Shown here piece after piece: positions 25,701 through 38,162 of a stretch of DNA of 64,000 bases (its first letter is position 1; the number at the start of each line of letters is the position of its first letter). This stretch comes from Macrostomum lignano (lineage: Eukaryota). The notes beneath the pieces were generated by a model. The model saw only the letters and a list, made by a program, of their open reading frames with translations, searched no databases and was not told the DNA's origin. The stretch lies in contig NIVC01001165.1 in NCBI GenBank assembly GCA_002269645.1, forward strand, positions 220,261 to 284,260. The letters are read 5' to 3'. The position numbers and the translations under genes are program-made.

Positions 25701-25830
25701 CCTGGCCATCACCTTCGTGTCTGACGAGGCCGACGTGAAAATCCTCAACGATGTGCAGAACCGCTTCGAGGTGAACATCACGGAGCTGCCCGAGGAGATT
25801 GAGATCTCGTCCTACATCGAGGGCCGCTAG
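22770..25830 (+). CDS. DDX39: DEAD-box (DECD) RNA helicase UAP56/DDX39, 3 exons, 426 aa
   Basis: Exons 22770-23633, 24426-24680, 25669-25830, all phase 0 with GT-AG. Motifs [56 protein letters not shown]; N-terminal [24 protein letters not shown] is typical of the family. Confidence 0.97.
23660..24405 (+). repeat. 45/48-bp minisatellite filling DDX39 intron 1
   Basis: Unit CAGACAGCT(GCT)GACTCAGTGAGCACAGATGAGGCCTGCTCAGC[A/G]ATG, about 16 copies. Confidence 0.95.
24660..25520 (+). repeat. Tandem repeats of the DDX39 exon 2 / intron 2 junction (about 45-47 bp units)
   Basis: Unit TCGGACACTTACCTGCACAGG|GTGAGCAGCTGGGATGATGG...; contains the real 5' splice site. Confidence 0.95.
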
Positions 25831-26836
25831 GCCGCCGACTGGGTGTGTTGCAAGTCAGTCGCTTGCCTAATAATAACAAAACTACTTTCTAGTTCCATTT
25901 TTTTCCGGTGGGTTCGCCAGAGCTGCCTGCTTTAATAAATAGGATGTGTTTGTTATGGGGGTGAACTTAATATAAATTAATTAGCTTTACTTAGCAGTAC
26001 TAATAATGCAATTGTATCTTGTTTGGCCTGTGCGTTTGTTTTTACTGTCTAATCTGTGCTGGCTTTTTTTACTAAACATTATCTCTCATCAACTGAAAGT
26101 TCTTGTTGTACTTTTAATCTTGTTTTCGTTTTAGTGGCGGCTGCTGTGTAGGCAAAGCCGATGCCCAATTCTAAAATAAAATAATTTCAAATCGCTCGAG
26201 CCCAGCTGGCAGTTTGGCAACTCTAATTGAGTATGAAATTGACAAAAAACTGTAAAGCTTATATATTTATTTTATTTACTATATATCTGGTGCAAGCTGT
26301 TAAACTGCCAGTCTACAGGATAAAACTTTAAAATAGCAGAGCTTTGGAATGGTTGATTAATTTAAGCAGATATCAGTTTAGGCTTTAAATTAAACGACTT
26401 CGATCATTATGTTTGGTTAGGGTTGTTCAAAAAACAGTGATACTTTTGTTGGTATAGCTTGAATGCAGGGCTCGGCAAACTTAAAAAAAAATGTTTGGTC
26501 TTTAAAAAGCGGAAAATACGCTCGTAGCAGCTTTAATGTGTCAAAACATCCATTCTGATACGTTGGTTTAAACGTTTAAAACCCCCTCGTATATCAGAAT
26601 TTTTACTATCGATTTTTGTGCGCTAGTTGAGACAACTTGCCATCAACTGAAGACAATTGGCAGACAGAGCCTGATGTCTATGGCCAAAACTTGTGTTTAG
26701 TGGACCCATAGACATGACAACTTAAACGTTCCATAGACAATATGCGCTTACTGATAGAAAATGGGCTCATTATTGCCATAGACAATTGAGAAATCAAAGC
26801 AGCACACAACTGTTGTTAAAAAAGCTCTCCATTGTT

Positions 26837-29800
26837 TCATTCATCATGATCTAACGCCCGAAGTTTCATCTCAACTCGTCGGAAATTTTCCTCATCCTGT
26901 GTCTCCATGGCAACGTGACCCTGGTCCTTGACAATTTGAAATTGATTCATGCAGAACTGCAAATCGCTTGACCTGTCGCTGTAGTGAGCCAGAGTGAGCA
27001 GCTCCTCCAAGTCGGGGTCCTCTATCAGGTCTGGCAGCCAAGTTTCGAACTTTATTGCTCCACAGTTTTGGAGCAGCTCAGCCTGAAGACTCCAGCTCAG
27101 ACAGCGGAAGTTCACGTACAGGTGGGAGGACCGGGGCTGCGACAGCCTGGCTCTGAGCAGCGTCTGCGTGAACTTCGGCAGGAATTCAAAGCGAGGCTGT
27201 GCGCTGATGGGGAAGCAAAACCTCCATGCCCAGTCCACGCCCAGCGGGCACTTAAAGCTTTTGAGGCCGGATGTTTTGTTCCACTGGGTGTGCTGCTCCA
27301 TCTGCCAGCCTGAGGATATGCTGCAGTACTGCAGGTTAACGCTGATTCTCTTAGCCTTCTCAGTTTCTCCGAACTTCAAGTGCGTCATGACCATCAGGCA
27401 CGTGCTGGCGCATCGGCACCACTGCAAGCAGTCTAGATGACCCAGCTGCCTCGTCAGAGTTTCCTTATCGGCGGTGTCTGACTGCAGCTCTCGCAGGCAG
27501 TCGTGAATCATGCTGAAGCCATCGATTAGGTGCTGGCGCGATCTATAATCTGGCTCTCGAATTTGAGCAGTCACAGCTGGCAGCGGCTTCAGCGGCAGCA
27601 AAGTGAACGGGTGACAATAGAAACAGTCGGACTGCAAAGGCTGCACATGGCTCAGTAAGTGACCAACCACGATATTAATTGCATTTCTAAGCTCCTGCAG
27701 TCTGCTTCGAACTCTCGTCTTCGTGTCCTTAAAGTGTCTGCCGATGCCAGCATTCTTAAAGTACAACGGGGCGTCCTTCATGAAAAAGTGCGGTATGCAC
27801 TCGTCAGGCGAGCGGCTCGAATCAATGAAGCGCAGCATCATTGTGAGCGAATCCTTCAACAGTTGGACGAGATTGTCCGGCTGCCAGGCTGCAGCGTTGG
27901 AGACGCCGTGCTTTTCCAGCATGAAGAAGAGCAGAGTCTTGGCATGGTAGGTCTTCAATCCGGGTGTCGCGAAGTTGTCTGGCAGAAGGCGCTTGAATAT
28001 AAATTTGATGATCGTGAACAGCTGGCCCTGAACTGTGCTGAGGTTTCTTAGAATGACCTTCTCTTGGAAGCTGAAACTCAATCTAAGCTCATTATCCATC
28101 TGGGGCCGCGTGGCGCTGACGAGATGCACTTTGCACTTCTCAGCCGACTCCACCAGTTGGATGCCGCCGTCTGTGAAGCCGCTGCAGCACTGGAATGCGT
28201 GGCACCTGTCCTGGGAGGGCCTGACGCCACTGGCTGGGGATCTGACAGCTGGTTGACTGCCTGTGTGAAATTGCATGACCACTCTGACGCGTTCAGTGCT
28301 TCACTTACATATGTGATTGTTTCTAAGGATTGCTGTGGCGGTAGTTTCAAATCCGTATGAAATTAGATTGTGTATCTTGTATCTGACAGGACATTAGAGA
28401 CATATTGATGTTGTGTTGTGTCTGACGGGACATTAGAGACATATTGATGTTGTGTTGTGTCTGACGGGACATTAGAGACATATTGATGTTGTGTTGTGTC
28501 TGACGGGACATTAGAGACATATTGATGTTGTGTTGTGTCTGACGGGACATTAGAGACATATTGATGTTGTGTTGTATCTGACAGGACATTAGAGACATAT
28601 TGATGTTGTGTTGTGTCTGACGGGACATTAGAGACATATTGATGTTGTGTTGTGTCTGACGGGACATTAGAGACATATTGATGTTGTGTTGTGTCTGACG
28701 GGACATTAGAGACATATTGATGTTGTGTTGTGTCTGACGGGACATTAGAGACATATTGATGTTGTGTTGTGTCTGACGGGACATTAGAGACATATTGATG
28801 TTGTGTTGTGTCTGACAGGACATTAGAGACATTAATGTTGTGTTGTGTCTGGCAGGACATTAAGGACATTAATGTTTTGTTGTGTCTGGCAGGACATTAG
28901 AGACATTGATGTTGTGTTGTGTCTGGCAGGACATTAGAGACATTGATGTTTTGTTGTGTCTGGTAGGACATTAGATCGAGACATTGATGTTGTGTTGTAT
29001 CTGATAGGACATTAGAGACATTGATGTTGTGTTGTGTCTGGCAGGACATTAGAGACATATTGATGTTGTGTTGTGTCTGGCAGGACATTAGAGACATTGA
29101 TGTTGTGTTGTGTCTGATGGGACACTAAGGACAACCGGAATATTCAGAAGCCTTTAGCAGTTATCAACAATCAATAATGATCAACTTCTTCGTTCACCCG
29201 TACCTGTTCCAACTGGCACCTGCGCGTGGCCCTGTATGACGGCGAGTTTTCTGGCATCTCTGCACTCGACGCCTCTGTTAGTGCAGCCGCCCTCAATGTG
29301 AAACTGCCTCCCAGAGACCATGACCGTCCAGTCAATGTCCGAGTCGGCAGCTGTTCTGCCGTTCAGCTGCACCAGACTGCTGGCCCAGCCATCAGCGTAG
29401 CTGCCCGTCATCTGCCACTCTTCAGGCTTACTGAGCTCCTGAGCCAAGCCCTCAACCAGGTCAGCCAGCTCCTGCTGACTCCTGGCTCTGGACGCCGTGA
29501 ATCCCGCATTGCAAAGCTCTTGGTGCAGCTGAACGCTCTGGTCACGCTCCAGCTCTGCGTCCCGTTGGACTTCGACATCAAGAGGACATTTTATGCTGAA
29601 GAAAGGGGAGATCAGCATATAGGACTTGTTCATCACCTGAGCATCTTCACTGAATGATCTGCTCACCTCGCTATCCGACCAGGACTGAACAAATTCAGCA
29701 CATCCTGATGCTTGAACTTCTCAGCCAGATCCGCGCAGGTCAGCCCGCGCCCGTCCGCGTGGCTCGGATCGGCGCCCCGGTCTATCAGGCACTTGGCCGC

Positions 29801-31820
29801 TCGCACGTGGCCGGCCTCGCACGCGTGCGACAGCGCCGTCCTGCCCAGCTTGTCCTCAGCCAGGACGGACGCACCGTAGCTCAGCAGCTTGCCGACCAGC
29901 TGGTGGTGTCCGGCATCGGCTGCCAGCATCAGCGCCGTGGCGCCGCTGTCATCTGGCCAATCAACGTCCTGACGTCCGATCCGAGGGATCAGAATGAGAG
30001 CCAGAGCCACGTGACCGCAGGCGATGGAGAGCAGCAGCAGCTGGGCAATCTCAACCGACTGCATTCTGTCAAGAGTTTGGCTGACAATCCCATCGTCATT
30101 GGTGATGGCCTGAGTGGCTAAAAAGTTGAGAGTTGATGGGTCGCGGAACAGCCACTCGGGCTGGATGCCAACCTCTCGGACCAGCTTAGCTTGGCCTCGG
30201 AGAGCCGCCTGGGCGATCACCTTTAAATGATTTTAAGGACAAATGCGGTTTTGCAGAAACAGATACTTACAAGCGCACTCATTCAGGGTATACAGAGGTT
30301 TTGGCTGTCTAATCGTCAAGTCATGTATACTCCAAGGACTACTAAAGTAGAAGGACGCAACACTCGAAATCTCTGGATAGGATGGGAGGCAGATCCAGTG
30401 TTTATCTTTTGATATGTCGTGCCATTTTTATTGTTCAATCGATATTCATAAAGCTTTTCGTTCAGAAAATTAGGATTCTGTGTTAATTTTTTTGTACGTC
30501 CATTTCATCATGCACCTAAAAATCATAAAAATGCATGAATTTTGAAGCTCGAATCTTTGGTTTTAGGAATCTATTTTATCATCTCTGTTACACATTTTGT
30601 TAACACAGTAGTCAGTTAAGAATGACAAAATAGATTCATAATAAAACCATGTAATGAGCTGAGCCGTGCCATTTTAATGGTTTTTAGGCACATGACAGAT
30701 GCAATTGTACGCAGAATATGAAATTTACACATAATTTGCTGAAAAATGAACTTCCCATCTCCATACGTATAGTGTACTTTTTGGCGAAAAGTGGCCTTCA
30801 AAACTTTTTCCTTGAAACGTGAGTGTCGCGTCCTGGATATACGTTGCTTTAGTTGTCCTTGACACACTGTCTGCGCCTTGGAGGGCGGGTTGGCCTTCAT
30901 GGGAGTCAACAACCCCCCCCCCCCCCCAGCTAAGTTTCCTGCAGAAGCCCCATATGAATGCCTTCTGTTACCTTCTGTTTGCAGTCGTCTTTAACTCGAC
31001 TGTCCACAATGGAGTTCATGAAGCGATTCGCTATTTGGAGACTGCCAGCGCCAGCCGCGGCCGCTGCTGCGCCGACGCGGCAGTGGTCTCGCAGAGACTC
31101 GCTCGAGATCAGCCCGATGACAGAGTCGGTCATCTCCACCTCGCCATTTCTCACCGCTGTGGGAATCGTGTCCCGGTACCACTGATCACTCACTGCGGCG
31201 TCGGCTATGAGCCCAGTGTAGAACAGCACCTGTTGCACCTGTTTCCGCTCCATTGCTCTGCGCGCCGCCACAGCGCAGCAGCGGTTCCTGGTCTCAGGAT
31301 CGGCGATGACCTTCAGCAGCAGCGGTGTCGCCAGCTGCCAGCGAGCGGTCGTGGCCAGCAGTTCAACAGTTGTCGCGCACCAGCGATCGCTCTCAGGCCC
31401 ATCCGGCAGGTGGCGCAACAGAATCTCGGCGCTCTCGATCGGGCCTCGGGTCAGCGCGAGCTCCGCGGCCTCCCTGTGACACTGCGCTCGCTCCTCCGGC
31501 TCGATCAGCTGGCTGACGAAGGTCTGGAAGACTTGCAGATCGCCCCACTTGGCCGCCGTCAAGGCCAGGCGCTTGCCGCTGCTCCGCCTGCTCTGGGGGT
31601 CGCTGATGGATTCGGCCAGGAACTGCGCCACCGACCAGTGGCCCATGGCTGCAGCGGTCCTTGACGCTTCATCGCAGCACTCGTCGGCGAAATAAGGAGT
31701 AGCGACCCGAAGCAGCTCGGCCAGGCCGCTCTGCACCATGGCCATGTCGCCAGCCTGAGCTGATCGCATCAGGTCGCGCTGAAGCTGCACTTCGACGCTC
31801 TTTGAAGCGCGGCTCCCCAT
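26837..31820 (-). CDS. Ankyrin-repeat + Mab-21/cGAS-like nucleotidyltransferase (cGLR-like), 4 exons, about 1072 aa
   Basis: Exons 31820-30972, 30220-29667, 29595-29204, 28260-26837; phases 0/2/1 are consistent with GT-AG sites. ANK motifs GATALMLAADAGH and GRTALSHACEAGH; NTase TGSYADG...DSDIDW; Mab-21 C-lobe LRLSFSFQEK...KTYHAKTLLFFMLE...W...PHFF. An alternative upstream ATG lies at 31844. Confidence 0.85.
28375..29130 (+). repeat. 39-bp minisatellite in cGLR intron 3
   Basis: Unit GACATTAGAGACATATTGATGTTGTGTTGTGTCTGACGG, degenerating to 37-bp variants towards 29130. Confidence 0.95.
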
Positions 31821-32004
31821 GGATGTCCTGCAGGCGGGTTGCATCCGGTTTACAGATTGTATAAATTTGCGTGGCCTGCGTCACGTCAGCTCAGCACGAG
31901 GACATCTGCGGTAGACCAGGGGTCGGAAAACTCCGGCCCCCTGGTCACATGCGGAGAGGCGCGAAGCCTCTTTATCCGGCCCGCTTAAAGTTTGTGTCTA
32001 TTTT

Positions 32005-33150
32005 CTGCTCTCTTTCTCCTCTCTTTCTCCTCTTCTATCCTCTAATACCCCCTTCTCTCTCCTCTCCCCTCTTCTCTCTCCTCTTCTCTCTCCCCACTTC
32101 TCTCTCCCCTCTTCTCTCTCCCCTCTTCTCTCTCCTCTCTCCCCTATTCTCTCTCCTCTCTCCCCACTTCTCTCTCCCCTCTTCTCTCTCCCCTCTTCTC
32201 TCTCCTCTCTCCCGTCTTCTCTCTCCTCTCTCCCCACTTCTCTCTCCCCTCTTCTCTCTCCCCTCTTCTCTCTTCTCTCTCCCGTCTTCTCTCTCCTCTC
32301 TCCCCACTTCTCTCTCCCCTCTTCTCTCTCCCCTCTTCTCTCTCCTCTCTCCCGTCTTCTCTCTCCTCTCTCCCCACTTCTCTCTCCCCTCTTCTCTCTC
32401 CCCTCTTCTCTCTCCTCTCTCCCGTCTTCTCTCTCCTCTCTCCCCTCTTCTCTCTCCCCTCTTCTCTCTCCCCTCTTCTCTCTCCTCTCTCCCGTCTTCT
32501 CTCTCCTCTCTCCCATCTTCTCTCTCCTCTCTCCCCTCTTCTCTCTCCTCTCTCTCCTCACTTCCCCTCTTCCATCCTCTCTCCCCTCATCTCTCTCCCC
32601 TCTTCTCTCTCCCCTCTTCTCTCTTGTTACATCCGACTTCCGTTACCAACTCGAAGTCCAGGTGAATTATGGTTAGTAATCTCAAGCTTGGTAGCGGGCT
32701 CTTGCCATGCCGATGTTAACATTCATTTCCTTTATATTTGCTCTCCTTATATTAGCTTTAGAACGCAGGGTTAATAGGGGCAGTGTCTATGGCCAATGTG
32801 TGTGAAATGAAATATACTTTATATACGCATATACCACATCTCTCCTCTCTCCCGTCTTCTCTCTCCTCTCTCCCCTATTCTCTCTCCTCTCTCCCCTCTT
32901 CTCTCTTCTCTCTCCCCTATTCTCTCTCCTCTCTCCCCTCTTCTCTCCCTATTCTCTCTCCTCTCTCCCCTCTTCTCTCCCCTATTCTCTCTCCTCTCTC
33001 CCCTCTTCTCTCCCCTATTCTCTCTCCTCTCTCCTCTCTCCTCTCTTCCATCCTCTCTCTCCTCTCTCCCCTCTTCCCTCTCCTCTCTCCCCTCTTATAT
33101 CTTCTCTCTCCTCTCTCCCCTCTTCTGTCTTTTCTCTCTCATCTCCCTAT
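32005..33150 (+). repeat. CT-rich low-complexity tract (blocks about 32005-32625 and 32835-33150)
   Basis: (CTCTCCCCTCTT)-like units. Confidence 0.95.
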
Positions 33151-33964
33151 GCTTATATTATTGCATCTACACAGTGCATGAGACAACAGTCTAGCCTAGT
33201 GCTTAAAATAAAAGATGACAAGAGCCTTTTAGTAATTGCGAGAGATTATTGGCAGGCATGCTTGGCAAACAATTGCATGTAGGCCGAAAAGTTACGCGTA
33301 ATCAATAGCGTTAAAATTCATACACGAAGAACTGTATAAAATATTTCACTTACCAACTTTACTTGCAGCTTAGCTTAGTGTTTATCTCGGTTAGCTACTA
33401 TACTGCAAATGCTGTCAACATCGAAGCAAATTGCATGGAGTTGGAATAATACCTGTACAGATAGGAGATTCTGGCGTGGCTGTCATTCATGAATAGAGAG
33501 GGACAGAGAGAGAGACAGCGCTTATACTTGGAATCTCTGCTTCGGTCTGCTCGTGCAATTAACAGTAAAGTGTACAATGGTTAAACGATGATGAATTTGG
33601 TCCGCTGTACACTCCCGTGTGTTGCCATTCAGGGGAGTCGCGGTGGGCAGGCTCATAAATGCACAACCCCCATTTCTTTACACCCGGCCGCGTGCGGCTT
33701 ATTATTGACTTTTTGACCAAAAATACGACTTACCTATGGAAGAAACCTATAGGCAAAATTAACGTGATTGCATGGGTAAACGGTATAAGTAACTATATAC
33801 ATATCTCAAATGCCTGCATGGGATATGGTTCTAGAGTATTTTTTAACTCTTGCGTACTAACCGCGAAACCACAGTTATATTTGCTTAACTTTAATTTAAA
33901 AAAATCAGCTCGATAGCTATACTAATGAATGTACGGTAAACAAGGGCTCGTACCCGTAATTTGA

Positions 33965-34088
33965 TGTGGCTGTCTCAGCGTACTGCAGGGCGCACTGGGG
34001 TCAGTGATACGCAGAGCAGCATAGAAAAAGTCAGCCCAGCATCCTCAGCTTCATCTGCCGCAGCTAGGGAACGCCTCAAAAGACAACT
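33965..34088 (+). ncRNA. H/ACA snoRNA-like element, copy A
   Basis: Two hairpins, hinge ATAGAA (ANANNA), terminal ACA (3 extra nt before ACA in this copy); 3' pocket ATCCT / GGGAAC. Confidence 0.55.
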
Positions 34089-35329
34089 ACGAGCTAGCTA
34101 CAGTATTTGAGAATTTAACAAGCAATAATGGAGAGTGTTTTTGAATGACGATCGCTACAACTCAGTGTATAAATAATCAGCGGTCCCAGTGCGTCCCCGG
34201 TAGGCGCTCGCCAGACAATCGTTGTCACGTGCTGCGACCGCTGATTCTTTGCATTGTTTTTCTGTTTGACGATCCTACAGACAATGCATTGTTTGTAGTA
34301 ATGGATTGTTCTGCATTAAAAATATGAATAATGATCGTCAAATTGCTAAACAATGTAACAGTGTGAGGGCTGGTGGAACCTATGGTACGACAGAGACACA
34401 GAATCCACCAGAATGCTCAATCAGCTTCCAAATCGAAAGCTGAAATATAAAACCATAGACACTACTCCTGACGTGAAGAAGTGATAAGTAGTACTGAAAT
34501 TTGAGAAGTAGCAAGTAGTCACCTTTTTGTATGTCCATTCGAGGGGGGAAATTTTTCGTTGCATAAATTCTGTTAAATCACGCTCAAGACTGCACAAACT
34601 GCTTGATTTTCTATTCGTTTTACGTCACGCAAAGCCCTAAAAGAAACCTTTTGGCTTTTTATGATGAATCCATATCGTGATTGCTCTAGCAAAATTGGGA
34701 TTGCGCCATGGAATAAAATATAATAATTAAATCCCATACATTTTTGTAAGACTTTTTCCTATAATAAACTTTAGATTCTATCCGAGAAAAGTTTTTTGCA
34801 ATTATTTACACAAAAATGTAACATTTTATTTTTACTTTCTTCCGAAAATGTTTGTTGTGTTATTTTAATATTGTAGAGATTGTCCAAATTTAATTGTGTT
34901 ATTAAACTTTTTAAAATATTGTCTTCGATCAGTCTGCGTGACTCATAACTGCACAAATGAAAATGAAAAATTGCATTTTGTACGTTTATTAGCAGGTCAC
35001 AAGAACTCCACTAATTCCCTTTCATACTAGCTTCTACGAGCGTAACATATAATCTTGATAACTCGAAAAAAGTGTGGGCTACACTTTGAGGAAATTGTTC
35101 TAATCTTAATAGTAATTACTACATGATTTCATGTGCACCTGTGAAAAATTCCTGTTCGAATGTCTTCTGGTGCCGTCTGCTGAAGGTGCCCTGGATGATA
35201 CCGAGGCTTGATAAACTCGATGAGGCCCCAACACCCGCCGCCGTTGTCCCCTGTCGGATCAACCAGTAGATGACTTCAAAGCACTGGGAGAGGTGCATCA
35301 GCTGACGCCACCGACTGCCGGCAATCCCG

Positions 35330-35570
35330 CGCGGCTGTCCCCTGTCCTTTTCCCGCCCCCCCCGGCAGGGCCCCACTTGGACTCACCCGGAGGGACATCA
35401 GGGCGGTGACCATGGCCCTCTCGTATCATGGCTGTTTTGCCAGGCATCGTCACCTAAAGGGAAAAATCAGTAGCGAGGAATACCCATTCTGCCTCTCCGG
35501 TGTCGAGAGTGGGAGCACTTCATCTGTGATTTCCCGCCTTTACTCAGGACTGGCTCAGCCTCAGCCAAGT
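35330..35570 (+). mobile_element. Degenerate 3' end of a non-LTR retrotransposon ORF (C-terminal Cys/His region); second copy at about 47040-47295
   Basis: [14 protein letters not shown](Y/G)H(G/A)[18 protein letters not shown]...EHFICDFP across a frameshift resembles the GH...H....CP.C...EH...C motif of I-group-like LINEs. Confidence 0.55.
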
Positions 35571-36386
35571 AAGCAAGCAGTACCCTGTCTTGACTGTCAA
35601 CTTAAGCGCTCTGTGCAAAGGGTCCCCAAATTGTAAGCAAGTCTAAACACCAGGCAGTTCAGAATGGCTGCAGTTGAGCTCTTTCAGTCGAGTTTCTGAG
35701 CTTCTGTCGAGCTGAACTCCTGCCTCTCACGGCACCGAGCCCGATGCTTCTGCGTGATTGAGCATCAGCATAGCGGTGAGCAGCAGCACCAGCTACCCTT
35801 AGCGACATTCTCACAACCAACGTGCATCCGGAGCTGCTCTTATTTATTTCCGACCTTTCGACAGCTCGGAAACGACCACGACCGTCGAGCCACTTTCGGC
35901 AGCGCTCACTGCGCTGAACATGATGAAGAAGGCCTCCTTAACTTGCCCCTGACTGATCATGCAGCTTCTTGACGGCGGTGACGGCCAGCACAGCAGTTGA
36001 AATCGCAGCCCAGATGGACAGGCAGATGCGGGCCTTGGTGGAGAACTGACCGATCCGCTTATTCGTCATATTCGCAATGCCAGCGCATGCCGGGCTCGGG
36101 CGAATCTCGGCAATGCGAGCTGGGCTTTCTGTCTTGAAAGCGGTGTTTGCAGCAGCTCTGATGAGGCTTGGCAGAGCCTGGCCTGAGAGCACTGGCAGCT
36201 GCTGCGAATGAGCGGGACGATAAAGCCGCAAGCGAATTCCAAACTGACGACTCTGCTCCCCCGATGAGTCTTGCGTTGCGACTCAAATGACTCGATGCGA
36301 CTCTGAGCACATGAGACGAAAAGGGTGACCCAAAAGTTCGGTTCTGTTCCATGGAATCCCGTCTGATTGCATAAACCCTGAACACA

Positions 36387-37827
36387 CAGCACAATACTGA
36401 TAGAACAGACAGCACAATACTGATAGAACAGACAGCACAATACTGATAGAACAGACAGCACAATACTGATAGAACAGACAGCACAATACTGATAGAACAG
36501 ACAGCACAATACTGATAGAACAGACAGCACAATACTGATAGAACAGACAGCACAATACTGTTAGAACAGACAGCACAATACTGATAGAACAGACAGCACA
36601 ATACTGATAGAACAGACAGCACAATACCGATAGAACAGACAGCACAATACTGATAGAACAGACAGCACAATACTGATAGAACAGACAGCACAATACTGAT
36701 AGAACAGACAGCACAATACTGATAGAACAGACAGCACAATACTGATAGAACAGACAGCACAATACTGATAGAACAGACAGCACAATACTGATAGAACAGA
36801 CAGCACAATACTGATAGAACAGACAGCACAATACTGATAGAACAGACAGCACAATACTGATAGAACAGACAGCACAATACTGATAGAACAGACAGCACAA
36901 TACTGATAGAACAGACAGCACAATACTGATAGAACAGACAGCACAATACTGATAGAACAGACAGCACAATACTGATAGAACAGACAGCACAATACTGATA
37001 GAACAGACAGCACAATACTGTTAGAACAGACAGCACAATACTGATAGAACAGACAGCACAATACTGATAGAACAGACAGCACAATACCGATAGAACAGAC
37101 AGCACAATACTGATAGAACAGACAGCACAATACTGATAGAACAGACAGCACAATACTGATAGAACAGACAGCACAATACTGATAGAACAGACAGCACAAT
37201 ACTGATAGAACAGACAGCACAATACTGATAGAACAGACAGCACAATACTGATAGAACAGACAGCACAATACTGATAGAACAGACAGCACAATACTGATAG
37301 AACAGACAGCACAATACTGATAGAACAGACAGCACAATACTGATAGAACAGACAGCACAATACTGATAGAACAGACAGCACAATACTGATAGGACAGACA
37401 GCACAATACTGATAGAACAGACAGCACAATACTGATAGAACAGACAGCACAATACTGATAGAACAGACAGCACAATACTGATAGAACAGACAGCACAATA
37501 CTGATAGAACAGACAGCACAATACTGATAGAGCACACAGCACAATACTGATAGAACAGACAGCACAATACTGATAGAACAGACAGCACAATACTGATAGA
37601 ACAGACAGCACAATACTGATAGAACAGACAGCACAATACTGATAGAACAGACAGCACAATACTGATAGAACAGACAGCACAATACTGATAGAACAGACAG
37701 CACAATACTGATAGAACAGACTGCACAATACTGATAGAACAGACAGCACAATACTGATAGAACAGACAGCACAATACTGATAGAACAGACAGCACAATAC
37801 TGATAGAACAGACAGCACAATACTGAT
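36387..37827 (+). repeat. 23-bp minisatellite (CAGCACAATACTGATAGAACAGA), about 63 units
   Basis: Direct tandem units. Confidence 0.97.
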
Positions 37828-38162
37828 ACTGGATTGATACTAAATCAATACTGGAAATTACCATGCAATGATCAATTAATGTACAGAGAAATTCTGTCTG
37901 TTTGAGTAGCACAAATTTCTGATTTAGGTTGTTCAGCCTTTTATAATTGCTTATTGAGTATAAATATTGTTTTCACTTTTTATGCGCTCGAGTGTTTTCA
38001 GTCAGTAAAACTCTTGCAATCAGGGAGACATAAAAATTTTGTGCAGGTAATAATTAGCAGCAGCAGCAGGCTTGTTCGTCTCCTAAACGTGTTTTAGCAT
38101 AATTCCGAGAATCAGTATTTAAATCAACAGAGTGCACCACTGAGTTGCTCAATTTTTGATGC

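Noticed and set aside
22877-31664. Antisense ORFs overlapping the DDX39, cGLR and FReD exons
   Set aside because: Typical shadow ORFs of GC-rich codon usage with no recognisable motifs.
26464-31990. hAT-like termini CAGGGCTCGGCAAAC (about 26466) and CAGGGGTCGGAAAAC (about 31917)
   Set aside because: Only single ends were seen, with no partner TIR or TSD.
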